NCBI GenBank assembly: GCA_050250895.1
Contig: JBFWNU010000001.1
Coordinates: 2,086,210-2,150,209 of the forward strand
Direction of reading: 5' to 3'
Origin: Vulcanimicrobiota bacterium
GTDB lineage: Bacteria; Vulcanimicrobiota; Xenobia; Xenobiales; JADMJV01
DNA: 64,000 nucleotides
Made by a program: the position numbers and the translations under genes. The stretch's first letter is position 1; the number at the start of each line of letters is the position of its first letter. This document shows, piece after piece, positions 27,866 to 37,337 of the stretch. The notes under the pieces were generated by a model. It was not told the DNA's origin. It did no database searches and saw only the letters and a program-made list of their open reading frames with translations.

Positions 27866-28375
27866 CTAAATCTTGGCCTGTTTGGCCGCTTTCTTCAGCT
27901 CAGAGAGCTTCTCGCCTTGAAACCGCAGGGTAAGTTCGCCAGCGAAGTCGTTGATCTTCATTTCCAGGTAGAGGCCCCTGGGATCTCGCCCCACCTCGAG
28001 CGCTAGCCCCATGTGCTGATCTTTGAGGAGCTTCCTCATCGTCTTGGCATCGTCGGCCGTGCCGCCGGTGACTAGCGCCGCGTCGACGTCGAACTTCCAG
28101 AAGCCGAGGCTCTTGGTCTTGCCAGGGGCGATTTTCGTCTTGGTGGAGGCGTCGACCTTGGCCAGCACCTTTTGCCAATCGGACTTGTTCAGCCAGATGG
28201 TAGAGAACTTGCCCCCGGGGCGGTGCAGCATCAGTTCGCCCACTTTGGCCTTGGGATAGATTTGAAATCTCGCCTCGCCGGTCTCGGCGGCCACCGTGGC
28301 CACGGAGGTGGGTTGCTCGGCGAGAGCCAGCCCGTTCAGGAGTAGCAGCCAAAGAGCGCAAAGAACTCGTTTCAT
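27866..28375 (-). CDS. Secreted hypothetical protein (169 aa)
   Basis: Signal peptide MKRVLCALWLLLLNGLALA. Balanced, Lys-rich composition typical of a real periplasmic protein. Confidence 0.6.
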   Translation of the reverse strand: MKRVLCALWLLLLNGLALAEQPTSVATVAAETGEARFQIYPKAKVGELMLHRPGGKFSTIWLNKSDWQKVLAKVDASTKTKIAPGKTKSLGFWKFDVDAALVTGGTADDAKTMRKLLKDQHMGLALEVGRDPRGLYLEMKINDFAGELTLRFQGEKLSELKKAAKQAKI

Positions 28376-28444
28376 GCGGACGGATTCCTGCCCGGCCCGG
28401 CCGACACCTGCGCCTTTGGTATGTCTCTGGCGCCGTCCAAGCTG

Positions 28445-28705
28445 CTAAGCATGGGTCATCGGCAGTAGCCAGGAATACTCGGTGTAGAGCGTTACTCCAG
28501 AGAGAGCCACGAAGACCAGCAGTTTCAGCGTGCCCCAATGATCTTCCCAATACTGCCCCTGGACTGCCGAGATCAGGTCGGGGGTGAACCAGTGCTTGAG
28601 GCACTCCAGGAACCCGCCGAGGCTGCCGAAGATCAGCCTTCCCAACACCAGAAAGACCGGCACGTTGACGACGAGCAAAAAGAGGAACAAAGGAACATTG
28701 GCCAT
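28445..28705 (-). CDS. Small two-helix membrane protein (86 aa)
   Basis: Two hydrophobic helices, in an operon position between the ADP-ribosylglycohydrolase and the secreted protein. Confidence 0.42.
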   Translation of the reverse strand: MANVPLFLFLLVVNVPVFLVLGRLIFGSLGGFLECLKHWFTPDLISAVQGQYWEDHWGTLKLLVFVALSGVTLYTEYSWLLPMTHA

Positions 28706-28768
28706 GAGATTTATTATACGCCGCTCGTCGTGGCAATCCTGTGCATATACAATCTGTTTTTGAGTGGT

Positions 28769-29665
28769 TTAACCGGATAGGCTTTCTCGTCCTATCACCG
28801 GCAAAGGTTCACGAGCTTGAGCCCAGGCCGATGGAGGCGTGGCCCCGCCAGCGGCCAGGATGCCGCCCACCATGGCACAGGTCGTGTCGATGTCGCCCCG
28901 GGCCCGCACCGTGTCCCAGATGGCCGTGGGGAAGTCGCGCAGGTTGCGAGCGGCGCTCCAGATCACGAAGGGAACGGTGTCTTCGCAGGTCACGCGGGTG
29001 CCGTTGCCAAGGTGCACCCCGGCCGCCAGGGGGGTGGCTTCGGGGCCCAGGTCCAGCGCCAGGGCCAAGCCGTGGCGGGTGGCCCCCGCCGGGGTGTGGT
29101 CGAGCACCGCCTGGATGAAGTCCCTCGGGGGCCGGTCGCGGTATTGCGAGGCCAGGGCCGCCGCTACCGCTACCGCGATGGCGCCGGCCACTCCCTCGGG
29201 ATGGCAGTGGGTGACCTCGGCCGAGCGGGCAGCCTGCTCGACCACCCGCTCGAGGTCGGGGGCGAAATAGGCGCCCAGGGGAGCCACTCGCATGGCTGAG
29301 CCGTTGCCCAGCGAGCCCTCGCCGCCGAAGAGGGTCGGAGCGTTGACTTTCCAGGCTCCGGGCGCGGCGATTTTGGGCAGCAGCTGCCGCATCCCCCGTC
29401 CATAACCTCGCAAAGGCTCTCTTTCATACCGGGTATGAAAGGCCTTGGCCAGGGCGTCTTGCTCGATCTGGCCGTGCTCGCCCAGCACCTCGACCAGGGC
29501 GATAGCCATGGCGGTGTCATCGGTCCAATACCAGGGCGGTGGAGGCAGCTGGGGAGTGGGCTCGTCGAGCAGATAGCGATATAGGAAGAACTGCTCGCCG
29601 TAGGCGTCTCCCACCGACAGGCCTTGCAGAGAAGCCAGAGCCCGCTGGTAAGCTGGTTCGTGCAT
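28769..29665 (-). CDS. ADP-ribosylglycohydrolase family protein (DraG/ARH-like)
   Basis: Motifs LSVGDAYG, WTDDT and GNGSAMRVAP (the binuclear Mg site). I chose the internal Met (MHEPAYQ...) because the upstream part of the long ORF is low-complexity. Confidence 0.78.
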   Translation of the reverse strand: MHEPAYQRALASLQGLSVGDAYGEQFFLYRYLLDEPTPQLPPPPWYWTDDTAMAIALVEVLGEHGQIEQDALAKAFHTRYEREPLRGYGRGMRQLLPKIAAPGAWKVNAPTLFGGEGSLGNGSAMRVAPLGAYFAPDLERVVEQAARSAEVTHCHPEGVAGAIAVAVAAALASQYRDRPPRDFIQAVLDHTPAGATRHGLALALDLGPEATPLAAGVHLGNGTRVTCEDTVPFVIWSAARNLRDFPTAIWDTVRARGDIDTTCAMVGGILAAGGATPPSAWAQAREPLPVIGRESLSG

Positions 29666-29912
29666 GCTTCGAGTTTTCGCTGACGCGAGGGCCCGACCTC
29701 CCAGGCCCCCGGCCACCCAGGGCAGCGTCGCGGGAAATTGTGCGCCGCCCATCAGGGTCAGCGAAGGGTCGGGCGCACACCCCGCGCAAGGCGTAGCGAG
29801 CTTCAACGGCTTAAGGAGGCGGCCGCCGTCTAGGCGGGTTTATCCCTGCGGATGCCCCTCATGGGATCCGAAGCTCGTCGGATTGCCCCGTCTGATCTAG
29901 GAACATCAGGAT

Positions 29913-31583
29913 ATGAGGCGGTTTTTTCCACTATTTCTGTTGTTGTTCTTGATGTTCTCCCCCGGCCTGGCTCAGGACGAGCGCGATTACAGGTTGCTTC
30001 CCTATTTCGAGGTCGAGACACTTAACCAGGGGCTGCCCGGCTTTGACCAGGCGGCTACTAGAGAGCTGTCCACGCCCGACCGCGCCCTTGGCTACTTTCT
30101 GACCCAGGCTCGGTCCGGCAACTTCGAGGCGGCGGCCCGGGTGCTCGATCTCAACGAACTCGCCGGGGACGAACAGGCTTCAGTGGGCCCCGAGTTGGCT
30201 CACAAGCTGTACACGGTCATGGACCGCAAGACGGGCTTTCCCTTTGACCAGATCCCGGACCGGGTAGATGGCCAACTGCCACCGGGTCCGGACCAACGAG
30301 TGGGAGAGCCTCGCAAGGCCTTCTTGCTAGGGTCCTTTCCGCTCGAGATCGGCGACTTCGAGATCCACCTCAACCGCTATCGCACCCCCCGCTACGACAG
30401 CGTCTGGCTCTTCTCTCCAGGCACGGTGGCCAAGATCGACGAGGCCTTCAGAGAGTACGGCCCCAGCCCGTGGGAATCCTACTTGCCTGACGTGCTGCGA
30501 ATGCGGCCGATAGGCACTACCCCTGTTTGGGCCTGGCTGACCCTGGTGGCTGCCCTGGGTTTATCCTCTCTGATCTCTCGATGGATCGCCCACTTTGTCG
30601 GAAGGCGGCTCGAGCATGCTCTCTTTAAACGAGTTCGTCCCGGCTTGATCTGGATGGCCGTGAGTTGGATAAGCTACGTCTCGCTGTGGCCCTGGGTGCC
30701 TGTGCCGGCGCTGGCTCGATACACCCTCCTGCTGGTGGGCTTCGTAGCCATGGTGTGGCTGGTGTCCACTGTTCTTGACTACTATTCCGAGAAGATCGTG
30801 CGCGGCGACATCGAGTCGGTCAAAGACCTCGACGACATCAGTAAGCAGGATCAGAAGAAGCAGCTTACCAGTCTCTCCATCGGCCGTCGTCTCTTGAGTG
30901 GCCTGGTCTTCGCCGTGGGCATCGGTGTGGTGGCGGCCAATATCCCCGAATTTCGGACCTTCGGAGTCAGCCTGCTGGCCTCGGCGGGTGTGCTGAGTGT
31001 GCTGCTGGGGATCGCTGCCCAGCCCATCCTGGGCAATCTACTGTCCGGTATCCAGCTGGCCGTGAGCCGGCCCATCCGCGTCGGCGATGCCATTGACTTT
31101 GACGGCATCTGGTGCTATGTGGAGGAGATCACTTACATGTACATCCTTTGCTGCACTTGGGACGAAAAGCGCCTGGTCATTCCTTTGCGGCATTTCATCA
31201 CCCAGCCATTTAGCAGCTATTCCCTGCGCGACCCCGAGACGGTGCGGGTCATCGAGATGGAACTTGACTATCTGGTCGACGTAGAAGCCTTGCGGGAGGA
31301 GTTCCTGAGGCTCAATCAAGCCCACCAGCTGGCCAGTAAGTCCTTCAAGCCTCGTATCGAGGTGCTGGCTTTTCACGAACGCAGTGTGACCATCCGAGCC
31401 ATGGTGGCCGCCCGCAACGCCTCCGATTCGTGGGAGCTTCACTGTGACATTCGCGAGGGACTGCTGGGGTATATCCGTTCCCAACAACGCCAAGCCCTGC
31501 CTCAAGTGCGACTCTCGTCGAGGCCCGAGCAAGCGCCGCACGGCAACGGGCGGCACGCGTCCTCTCGGTTAACATCAAGTTAA
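29913..31583 (+). CDS. MscS-family mechanosensitive channel, large variant with N-terminal periplasmic domain
   Basis: Signal peptide, several transmembrane segments, and the MscS pore/beta-domain motif LLSGIQLAVSRPIRVGDAIDFDGIWCYVEEI. Confidence 0.82.
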   Translation: MRRFFPLFLLLFLMFSPGLAQDERDYRLLPYFEVETLNQGLPGFDQAATRELSTPDRALGYFLTQARSGNFEAAARVLDLNELAGDEQASVGPELAHKLYTVMDRKTGFPFDQIPDRVDGQLPPGPDQRVGEPRKAFLLGSFPLEIGDFEIHLNRYRTPRYDSVWLFSPGTVAKIDEAFREYGPSPWESYLPDVLRMRPIGTTPVWAWLTLVAALGLSSLISRWIAHFVGRRLEHALFKRVRPGLIWMAVSWISYVSLWPWVPVPALARYTLLLVGFVAMVWLVSTVLDYYSEKIVRGDIESVKDLDDISKQDQKKQLTSLSIGRRLLSGLVFAVGIGVVAANIPEFRTFGVSLLASAGVLSVLLGIAAQPILGNLLSGIQLAVSRPIRVGDAIDFDGIWCYVEEITYMYILCCTWDEKRLVIPLRHFITQPFSSYSLRDPETVRVIEMELDYLVDVEALREEFLRLNQAHQLASKSFKPRIEVLAFHERSVTIRAMVAARNASDSWELHCDIREGLLGYIRSQQRQALPQVRLSSRPEQAPHGNGRHASSRLTSS

Positions 31584-31656
31584 CAAATTTTGGGCGGCAG
31601 GCCACTTGTGGACCACCTCGAGCGCTTAAGCTCCAGACGAAGGAGCTTAAGCCAAG

Positions 31657-33045
31657 ATGCCAGTATCCCCTACCGCTCACCAGCCGAAGACCAAGCCGGC
31701 CGCCGGGAGCGCACCCAAACCCTCTCCCGCTCCCAAGCAGCCGAAGCCGGCTGGCCCCAAGCCCCCCAAGGACGAGGTGGATCTGAGTGCTCCTGAAGAG
31801 CATGGATCCAGCCAGGACACGAGTTCGATGGTCAAGCGCCTCGAGCAAAGCTTTGGTGGCGAAGAGCATGGCATCCAGGCTCTCGACAATGACAAGGCCG
31901 AGCCCTCCGGCCGGACCGGCGGCCTGAGCTCGGTGGAGGGCAAGGCCAGTCTGGGAGTCGGCGCTGCCGGCACCAGTAACCAGAGCGCTGGCCAGACTTT
32001 GCGCGAAGATATCTCGAAAGAGACGCCGCCCAAACTGAGTGTCGACGAGATCGCCAGGCTGCACGAAGAAGACCCGGCGGCCGGCAACGAGGCCATCACC
32101 AACAAATACTATCATCAGGCTCAGGAACTCAACGGGCTTCTGGGAGGCACCCCGGAGGACTTCAACGCCACCTGGCCGGCCTACGGGTCGGTGGCCTCGA
32201 ACTCGGCCGGGGCGGTCATTCGCTCGGACGGCATGCCTGGCTACGACCGCATCTCGGACGAGGTGGCCGAAGGCAACCGCAAGGTCTTCAAAGACATCGC
32301 TCCCGCCTATGATAGCTACATCGAAGCCGCCAAGAAGCCTGATTTCGATTTCGATCGCTGGATGGACGACAACCATGACAAGCTGTTCGTGAATCCCGAG
32401 ACCGGCCAGGAGAAGACCAACCTGGTCCAGTCGTTCGACTACCTCGACCGAGCTCGCACCGAGGACGACCAGGACATGAAGCAAGAGTATCTGCTGGCTT
32501 CCAACGTGCTGGCCGGACGCCACGAGCAAGAGTATCTGCAGCCTCAGATCGAGCGTTCCACCGCGCCGGTGACCGGGACGACCGCCGAGAGGGCCCTGGG
32601 AGAACTCTATGTCGACAAGGATCCGCCCGTGTTCATGCCCAACGGTAAAGGCTCGGGCGCCCTCACCGAACTCGATGTCAGCCAGACCATGCCGGGCCAG
32701 GCTCCTGAGGCCCTCAAGCACATCTCGGACCCCCAGGTTCGCCGCGACGTGAGCCAGGCAATGGGCCTCGGCAACCCTTCCCAACTGCGAGGAGACGAGG
32801 TGATCGCGGCCAGCGGAACCGAGAACTGGGCCGACCTCGACGACCGCATGGGCACCATTGGCGGCCTGATGGTGTCGACTCAAAACGACCCACGGATGGG
32901 GGAGTATGTGCTCGACTACAACCCCCCCGAGGGGCTCTCGACCACGGGCATGGTGGAAAGTGCCGGTCGCGCGGCCCTGGACCGGCTGACTCTGCCCTTT
33001 CAGCTTGGTAAGGGCTTGCTCGAGCAGCTTCCCTTCATCAATTGA
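31657..33045 (+). CDS. Hypothetical acidic protein with Pro/Lys-rich N-terminal low-complexity region (462 aa)
   Basis: Long ORF with protein-like D/E-rich composition. N-terminal PKPSPAPKQPKPAGPKPPK tract, no signal peptide, no recognisable domain. Confidence 0.55.
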   Translation: MPVSPTAHQPKTKPAAGSAPKPSPAPKQPKPAGPKPPKDEVDLSAPEEHGSSQDTSSMVKRLEQSFGGEEHGIQALDNDKAEPSGRTGGLSSVEGKASLGVGAAGTSNQSAGQTLREDISKETPPKLSVDEIARLHEEDPAAGNEAITNKYYHQAQELNGLLGGTPEDFNATWPAYGSVASNSAGAVIRSDGMPGYDRISDEVAEGNRKVFKDIAPAYDSYIEAAKKPDFDFDRWMDDNHDKLFVNPETGQEKTNLVQSFDYLDRARTEDDQDMKQEYLLASNVLAGRHEQEYLQPQIERSTAPVTGTTAERALGELYVDKDPPVFMPNGKGSGALTELDVSQTMPGQAPEALKHISDPQVRRDVSQAMGLGNPSQLRGDEVIAASGTENWADLDDRMGTIGGLMVSTQNDPRMGEYVLDYNPPEGLSTTGMVESAGRAALDRLTLPFQLGKGLLEQLPFIN

Positions 33046-33922
33046 GGGGCGGGCCGCCCTCGAAGCCGTCGAGCTTCCAGCCGTGCGGCTCGACCAGCAC
33101 CAGTCGCCAGGACCAGTTGGTGGTCTGGCCCTTGAACAAGATGGTGCAAGTGCTGTCGTCACGCTTGCCAACGCTGGGTTGGCGTAGAGCGTCGTCGCCA
33201 CTTTGCCAACCTCTCAAGCGAGATTCGAAGTCTTCTCGTCCCAGGGTTGTCTGCAGGCCAGGGGAGAGCAGACCATAGGCCGCGTCATATTGCTGACGGT
33301 CGAGCAACACCAGAAAAAAGCGGGCGGCCGTGACGGGGTCGACGAACTCCAGAGGTTTGCTGTCGGCCTGACTGGGGGTGGGCATGGAGTCGGGCTTCGG
33401 CGAGGGATTGGAAGCGAATCCGACCACCATCCAGACGAGCGATAACAAGAGCAAGCCGGCTCCAAAGACGAGCGTCCCCCTGGAGTCGCCGCGGGTGGGT
33501 GCTTCCACGGTCGGGGCAAGAGATGGCGCGGACTCGTGGCGAGTGGCCGAGGCCAGCTTGGGCGCGAGTTCCTTGGCGTAGGCGTTCAACTGGCGAAGGT
33601 GGGTGTGCTGGAAGGCTCCGGCCGAAACCGAGCACTGAACATAGAGGGCCCCGATGGTGGCGTCGTTGTGGATAACCGGGGCCAGGGCCCAGGAAATGGT
33701 GGACTGGCCTCTACCGCTGCTCTCGAGGATGGGACGTCCCTGACTGGCCAGATGGACCAGCCGGGTCACCAGGTCCGAGAGTCCGTCGTCACTCTCGAAG
33801 CCGGCCCCCTTCACCTCGACGTTCTCGTCTTGCATGAGAATGACCAGACACTTCTCGGTCGGGGCCAGCGCGACCAGATAGTCGAGAGCTTCTTGTTCTA
33901 GCTGGTTGGTATCCTGGCTCAT
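33038..33922 (-). CDS. Single-pass membrane protein with GAF-like N-terminal domain, last gene of a minor-pilin operon
   Basis: One transmembrane segment (LVFGAGLLLLSLVWMVVGF). ATGA-type coupling to the upstream pilin-like gene. Confidence 0.5.
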   Translation of the reverse strand: MSQDTNQLEQEALDYLVALAPTEKCLVILMQDENVEVKGAGFESDDGLSDLVTRLVHLASQGRPILESSGRGQSTISWALAPVIHNDATIGALYVQCSVSAGAFQHTHLRQLNAYAKELAPKLASATRHESAPSLAPTVEAPTRGDSRGTLVFGAGLLLLSLVWMVVGFASNPSPKPDSMPTPSQADSKPLEFVDPVTAARFFLVLLDRQQYDAAYGLLSPGLQTTLGREDFESRLRGWQSGDDALRQPSVGKRDDSTCTILFKGQTTNWSWRLVLVEPHGWKLDGFEGGPPLN

Positions 33923-34581
33923 TGGTTGCGAAGATAGGTCACGCTCTCGAGTTCGAAGCTCTCGGGCCGCTCGCTTCCGTAGCGTTGCTGGCTGGCTCGC
34001 AGCCGCAGACGCAGCAGGTGGTTGCCATTGGCCAACAGTTCACTGCTGAACTGGCATTCCGCGATCTCGTCGGCGACCAGCTCTCCTCCGTTGGTGTAGG
34101 TGGACACCGGTTGATTGGGACCGAAACCGTCGATGACGGTCGGACCCGTTTCTTGAGGGCTGCCGACCACAGAGACCCGACGTAGCTTCAACTTGGAATC
34201 GACATCCAGGTAATAGATGAGATAGTTCTGCCAGCGAGGGCTCTCGTTGCCGACATCGTATTGGAAACGTCCGTTGGCGTCGGTGGCGCTAAGGAAGGCG
34301 ATGGCCTTGCCGTCGGGGGAGAGCGACAGGCTGCTATAGATGCTGCGCTCGAGGTCGCGCGAGATCTTGCCCGAAGCGATCATGGTCTGGTTGCGAAGTT
34401 GCGTTACCGTGTCTCCCTTCATCCAGGCCGAAGCCGAGGTGCGATAGATGAAGAAGATAGCCGAAAGCAACAGGCTAGCCACAGCGGCCGCCACCAGGAC
34501 TTCGGCCAGAGTGAAGGCGGTAGTCCTAGGGCCGCAGATAGGTCTCGAGGCTGATCTTTGCCTGGTCATTCCAATATACAT
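33919..34581 (-). CDS. Prepilin-type N-terminal cleavage/methylation domain protein (PilW-like minor pilin); Ala at -1 of the cleavage site
   Basis: Motif TAFTLAEVLVAAAVASLLL (FTLxE with Glu at +5) followed by a hydrophobic helix. Confidence 0.58.
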   Translation of the reverse strand: MYIGMTRQRSASRPICGPRTTAFTLAEVLVAAAVASLLLSAIFFIYRTSASAWMKGDTVTQLRNQTMIASGKISRDLERSIYSSLSLSPDGKAIAFLSATDANGRFQYDVGNESPRWQNYLIYYLDVDSKLKLRRVSVVGSPQETGPTVIDGFGPNQPVSTYTNGGELVADEIAECQFSSELLANGNHLLRLRLRASQQRYGSERPESFELESVTYLRNQ

Positions 34582-34945
34582 CGACTTTCACGGCCACAGT
34601 GTTCGGGGGCAGACCGCTAGCATCGGCTCGCACCACCAGAGTGTAGCGTTCGTTGTTTCTTACTCCCTGCGGATACGGGCCAGGGGGAAATCCCGTGGTG
34701 GGGTCTGGTGCGGTGGGCACGGCCAGACGTCCATCATAAGTGCCGACGGTGACCTGATCATACCCGTTGGCCCGCACCCGTTCCAAGAATTCACGGGCCA
34801 CGTCGGTAGCTCCGGTGACCTGGTTGCTTTGCCGCAGCCAGCGCATTCCCTGGGTGAACACCAACAGAAGCGAAAGCAGGGCTACCGAGAGCAGTCCCAT
34901 GGCGATCAGGGTCTCGAGCACGGTCAAGCCGCGCCGCTTTTTCAC
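34526..34945 (-). CDS. PilV/GspI-like pseudopilin
   Basis: Canonical prepilin motif RRGLTVLETLIAMGLLSVALL. 139 aa. Confidence 0.75.
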   Translation of the reverse strand: MKKRRGLTVLETLIAMGLLSVALLSLLLVFTQGMRWLRQSNQVTGATDVAREFLERVRANGYDQVTVGTYDGRLAVPTAPDPTTGFPPGPYPQGVRNNERYTLVVRADASGLPPNTVAVKVDVYWNDQAKISLETYLRP

Positions 34946-36708
34946 CGGCCCATCCAGAGCACCACCTCCGGCGCCCCCGAGCCGATGGGAGCGCCCGTGC
35001 CGTCGAAGAACTGCTTGACGAAAGTGATGTTGCAGCCCTCGGCCAGCACCAGATCGCCTGGCTCGACGGTCTTGCCGTCGATGGTTTTGGTGGCCTGGCT
35101 GCCATCATCGTTGACCACCACCGCGCCGCGCACGCTGATTTCGTCGCCAGCATAGAAACTGCCGTTAGTGTAGACCAGTCCCTGGAAGAAGGCGTTGCCC
35201 AGGTGGTCGTAATCGAGGGCCCTGGTGGTGTTGTAGACCGCGTCCATCAGGGCCGTCTCGTTAAGGTCGTTGACGGCATCGAACAGACCGTCGGTGTCGC
35301 CGCTGGCGTTGTAGTTGGCGATGGCTACGCTGTCGGGTCGGCCTAAGGTGTCCACGTTGGCGGCGTAGATGCGCCCGATCTTGTCGAGCCGGGCCACCAG
35401 GAAGTCGCGGGTTGGGCCGGCCGCTACATTGTTGGTCAGATGGTCCCGCAATAGCCAGGGTGCGCCCAGGGTGCGCCCAGCTGGCGGCGTCATGCCCGAC
35501 TGATAACCACCAAGCACGGTGGTCACGTTGTCGAGGTAGTTGCCGTTGGAAGCGCTCCACCCACCTTGGGTGCCGGTCTCCATCTCTTGCAGGGCCCACT
35601 GGGTGTCGTCGAGCCAGGTGGTCAGGGCGGCGTTGCTTGAAGCCACGCTTTCGAGATACTGGGTGCCATCAAAGCCTCGCAGTTCAACGTTGCCCTTGCT
35701 GAAGAGGGCCAGGTTGTTCTGGCCGTTCATGTCGGCGTTGCCATGGATGGCCGTGTCGGCCCCCACGAAGAGCGAGCCGGTGCCCGAGACCGAGCCGTTG
35801 ACGGTCAACTTGCCCGAGACATAAAGGCTGCCGCCGTCGAGTTGCAGGTCTCCATCGAGGGTCAGGTCGCCGTCGATGTAGTAGTCTCCGGAAGGAACGG
35901 TCGTGACTCCGAACGGCACCAGGGTCGGGGCCGGGTTGCTGCTCTTGGCCGCAATCTGGGCCGGAATGTTGATGCGGGGAATGGCCACCGGCGCCGCATT
36001 GGGGTGGGTCCCGCCCGTGATCGTGCCGCTACCCATGTTGATGGTCGAACCAGAAGAGCCGGATGAGGAGACCTTGCCATCGATGTTCAGGGTGCCGGAG
36101 CCACTCCAGGTGATCACGTCAGAGCTGTGATCGTCGGCGTTGTTCGACTGCAGGTCGCCGTCGATGGTGGTGCTGTCGTCGAGACCCTGAATGCCGTCGA
36201 TTTGAATGTCGTCTTCCAATTTGATCCGACCGGTAGTCAGCAGAGAATTGTCGAGGTTAAGGCTGGCTGTCTGGGGGGCGATCAGGGCCTCGAGACGGCG
36301 CTCGACCCCGTTGACCCGAGCCACGACCACGATCAAGCTCGCGCCTGCCGGCACGGTGTTGGCTCCTCGATAGCTCTCGGAGTGCGACCCGTCGCTGTTG
36401 TTGATCGATTGATCGGCGGTGAAGGGACCGGTTGCCTGGTTGAAGGTCACGGTGTAGGTGCCGGGAGCGCCTTTCATCGGTTTGGCGTTAAATCCGGTGG
36501 CCCAGAGGGGGTTGCCCTCGAGTTCGCCCATGGCGTCGGCCAGCCCGGCTTCGGCGACGCTCAATGAGGCGGCCCTGGCATAATACGATTGAGAGCTTCC
36601 CCCACCGGCCCTTAAAGCCACGATCAGGGCCACCACCATGATGGTGAGGATGGGCAGTAAAACCACCATGGTCCCAAGAATGAAGCCCCGGCTGGAAGAC
36701 TTAGTCAA
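34942..36708 (-). CDS. Large PilX-N-terminal-domain protein (588 aa) with Gly/Asp/Ser-rich repeats, putative pilus tip/adhesin
   Basis: N-terminus RGFILGTMVVLLPILTIMVVALI...SVAEAGL (PilX_N signature AEAGL), followed by DGDL(T/Q)LDG-type repeats. Confidence 0.68.
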   Translation of the reverse strand: MTKSSSRGFILGTMVVLLPILTIMVVALIVALRAGGGSSQSYYARAASLSVAEAGLADAMGELEGNPLWATGFNAKPMKGAPGTYTVTFNQATGPFTADQSINNSDGSHSESYRGANTVPAGASLIVVVARVNGVERRLEALIAPQTASLNLDNSLLTTGRIKLEDDIQIDGIQGLDDSTTIDGDLQSNNADDHSSDVITWSGSGTLNIDGKVSSSGSSGSTINMGSGTITGGTHPNAAPVAIPRINIPAQIAAKSSNPAPTLVPFGVTTVPSGDYYIDGDLTLDGDLQLDGGSLYVSGKLTVNGSVSGTGSLFVGADTAIHGNADMNGQNNLALFSKGNVELRGFDGTQYLESVASSNAALTTWLDDTQWALQEMETGTQGGWSASNGNYLDNVTTVLGGYQSGMTPPAGRTLGAPWLLRDHLTNNVAAGPTRDFLVARLDKIGRIYAANVDTLGRPDSVAIANYNASGDTDGLFDAVNDLNETALMDAVYNTTRALDYDHLGNAFFQGLVYTNGSFYAGDEISVRGAVVVNDDGSQATKTIDGKTVEPGDLVLAEGCNITFVKQFFDGTGAPIGSGAPEVVLWMGR

Positions 36709-36740
36709 GATGGACGTCCCCTTCCGACCCCCTAAAGGCT

Positions 36741-37337
36741 ATGATAACAGTTTATACTGAGAATTACAACCCGTCAGAGGAACCTTTGCGCAATTCGTAT
36801 TTTGGGCTTCGCCACGGCCAAAGTTTAGCCAACCTTGAGCAGCGCATTATCAGTGCGCCCGAGGTTGGCTGTCAGCAATACGGACTGAGCGAACTTGGTC
36901 ACAAGCAGGCTTCGGGCGCCGCTAACGGTCTGGACCCGAAAGCGCTATTTGTCTCATCCGATTTTCTGCGGGCGCACCAGACAGCCCTGCTGGCTGCCAC
37001 CAGTCTGGGTGCCGCCGAGCCACGCCTCGAGCCGGCCCTGCGCGAGCGATTCTTCGGTGAGTTTGAGGGCCAGACCGCCGAGAGTTATCCGCTGGTCTGG
37101 CAGCGCGACAGCCAGGGAGACCATTGCTGGCGCGGGGTCGAATCGCCGCTCGCCCTCACCCGGCGAATGGCCGGGGTGGTGGAAGGCCTCGAGCAAAGCC
37201 ACCAGGGGCGAACCATCGTGCTGGTTTCCCACGGTGACCCACTGAGGTTCTTGCAGTTGTGGTTCGAGGGGCGTCCCTTCACCGAGCACGCTCGGTTGCC
37301 CCATTTCGAGCCGGCCGAACTCCGACGGCTCGGCTAG
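36741..37337 (+). CDS. Histidine phosphatase family protein (phosphoglycerate-mutase-like)
   Basis: RHGQS catalytic motif near the N-terminus and an SHG motif near the C-terminus. Confidence 0.78.
   Translation: MITVYTENYNPSEEPLRNSYFGLRHGQSLANLEQRIISAPEVGCQQYGLSELGHKQASGAANGLDPKALFVSSDFLRAHQTALLAATSLGAAEPRLEPALRERFFGEFEGQTAESYPLVWQRDSQGDHCWRGVESPLALTRRMAGVVEGLEQSHQGRTIVLVSHGDPLRFLQLWFEGRPFTEHARLPHFEPAELRRLG

Noticed and set aside
27551-28006. 151-aa plus-strand ORF and a 50-aa ORF at 27664..27816 in the 370-nt gap
   Set aside because: The long one overlaps the well-formed minus-strand secreted-protein gene. The short one has no RBS and odd composition. Neither is supported.
31345-33201. 618-aa minus-strand ORF
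   Set aside because: Antisense to the 462-aa acidic protein gene and the MscS 3' end. Composition is Arg/Gly/Ala-rich with no motifs.
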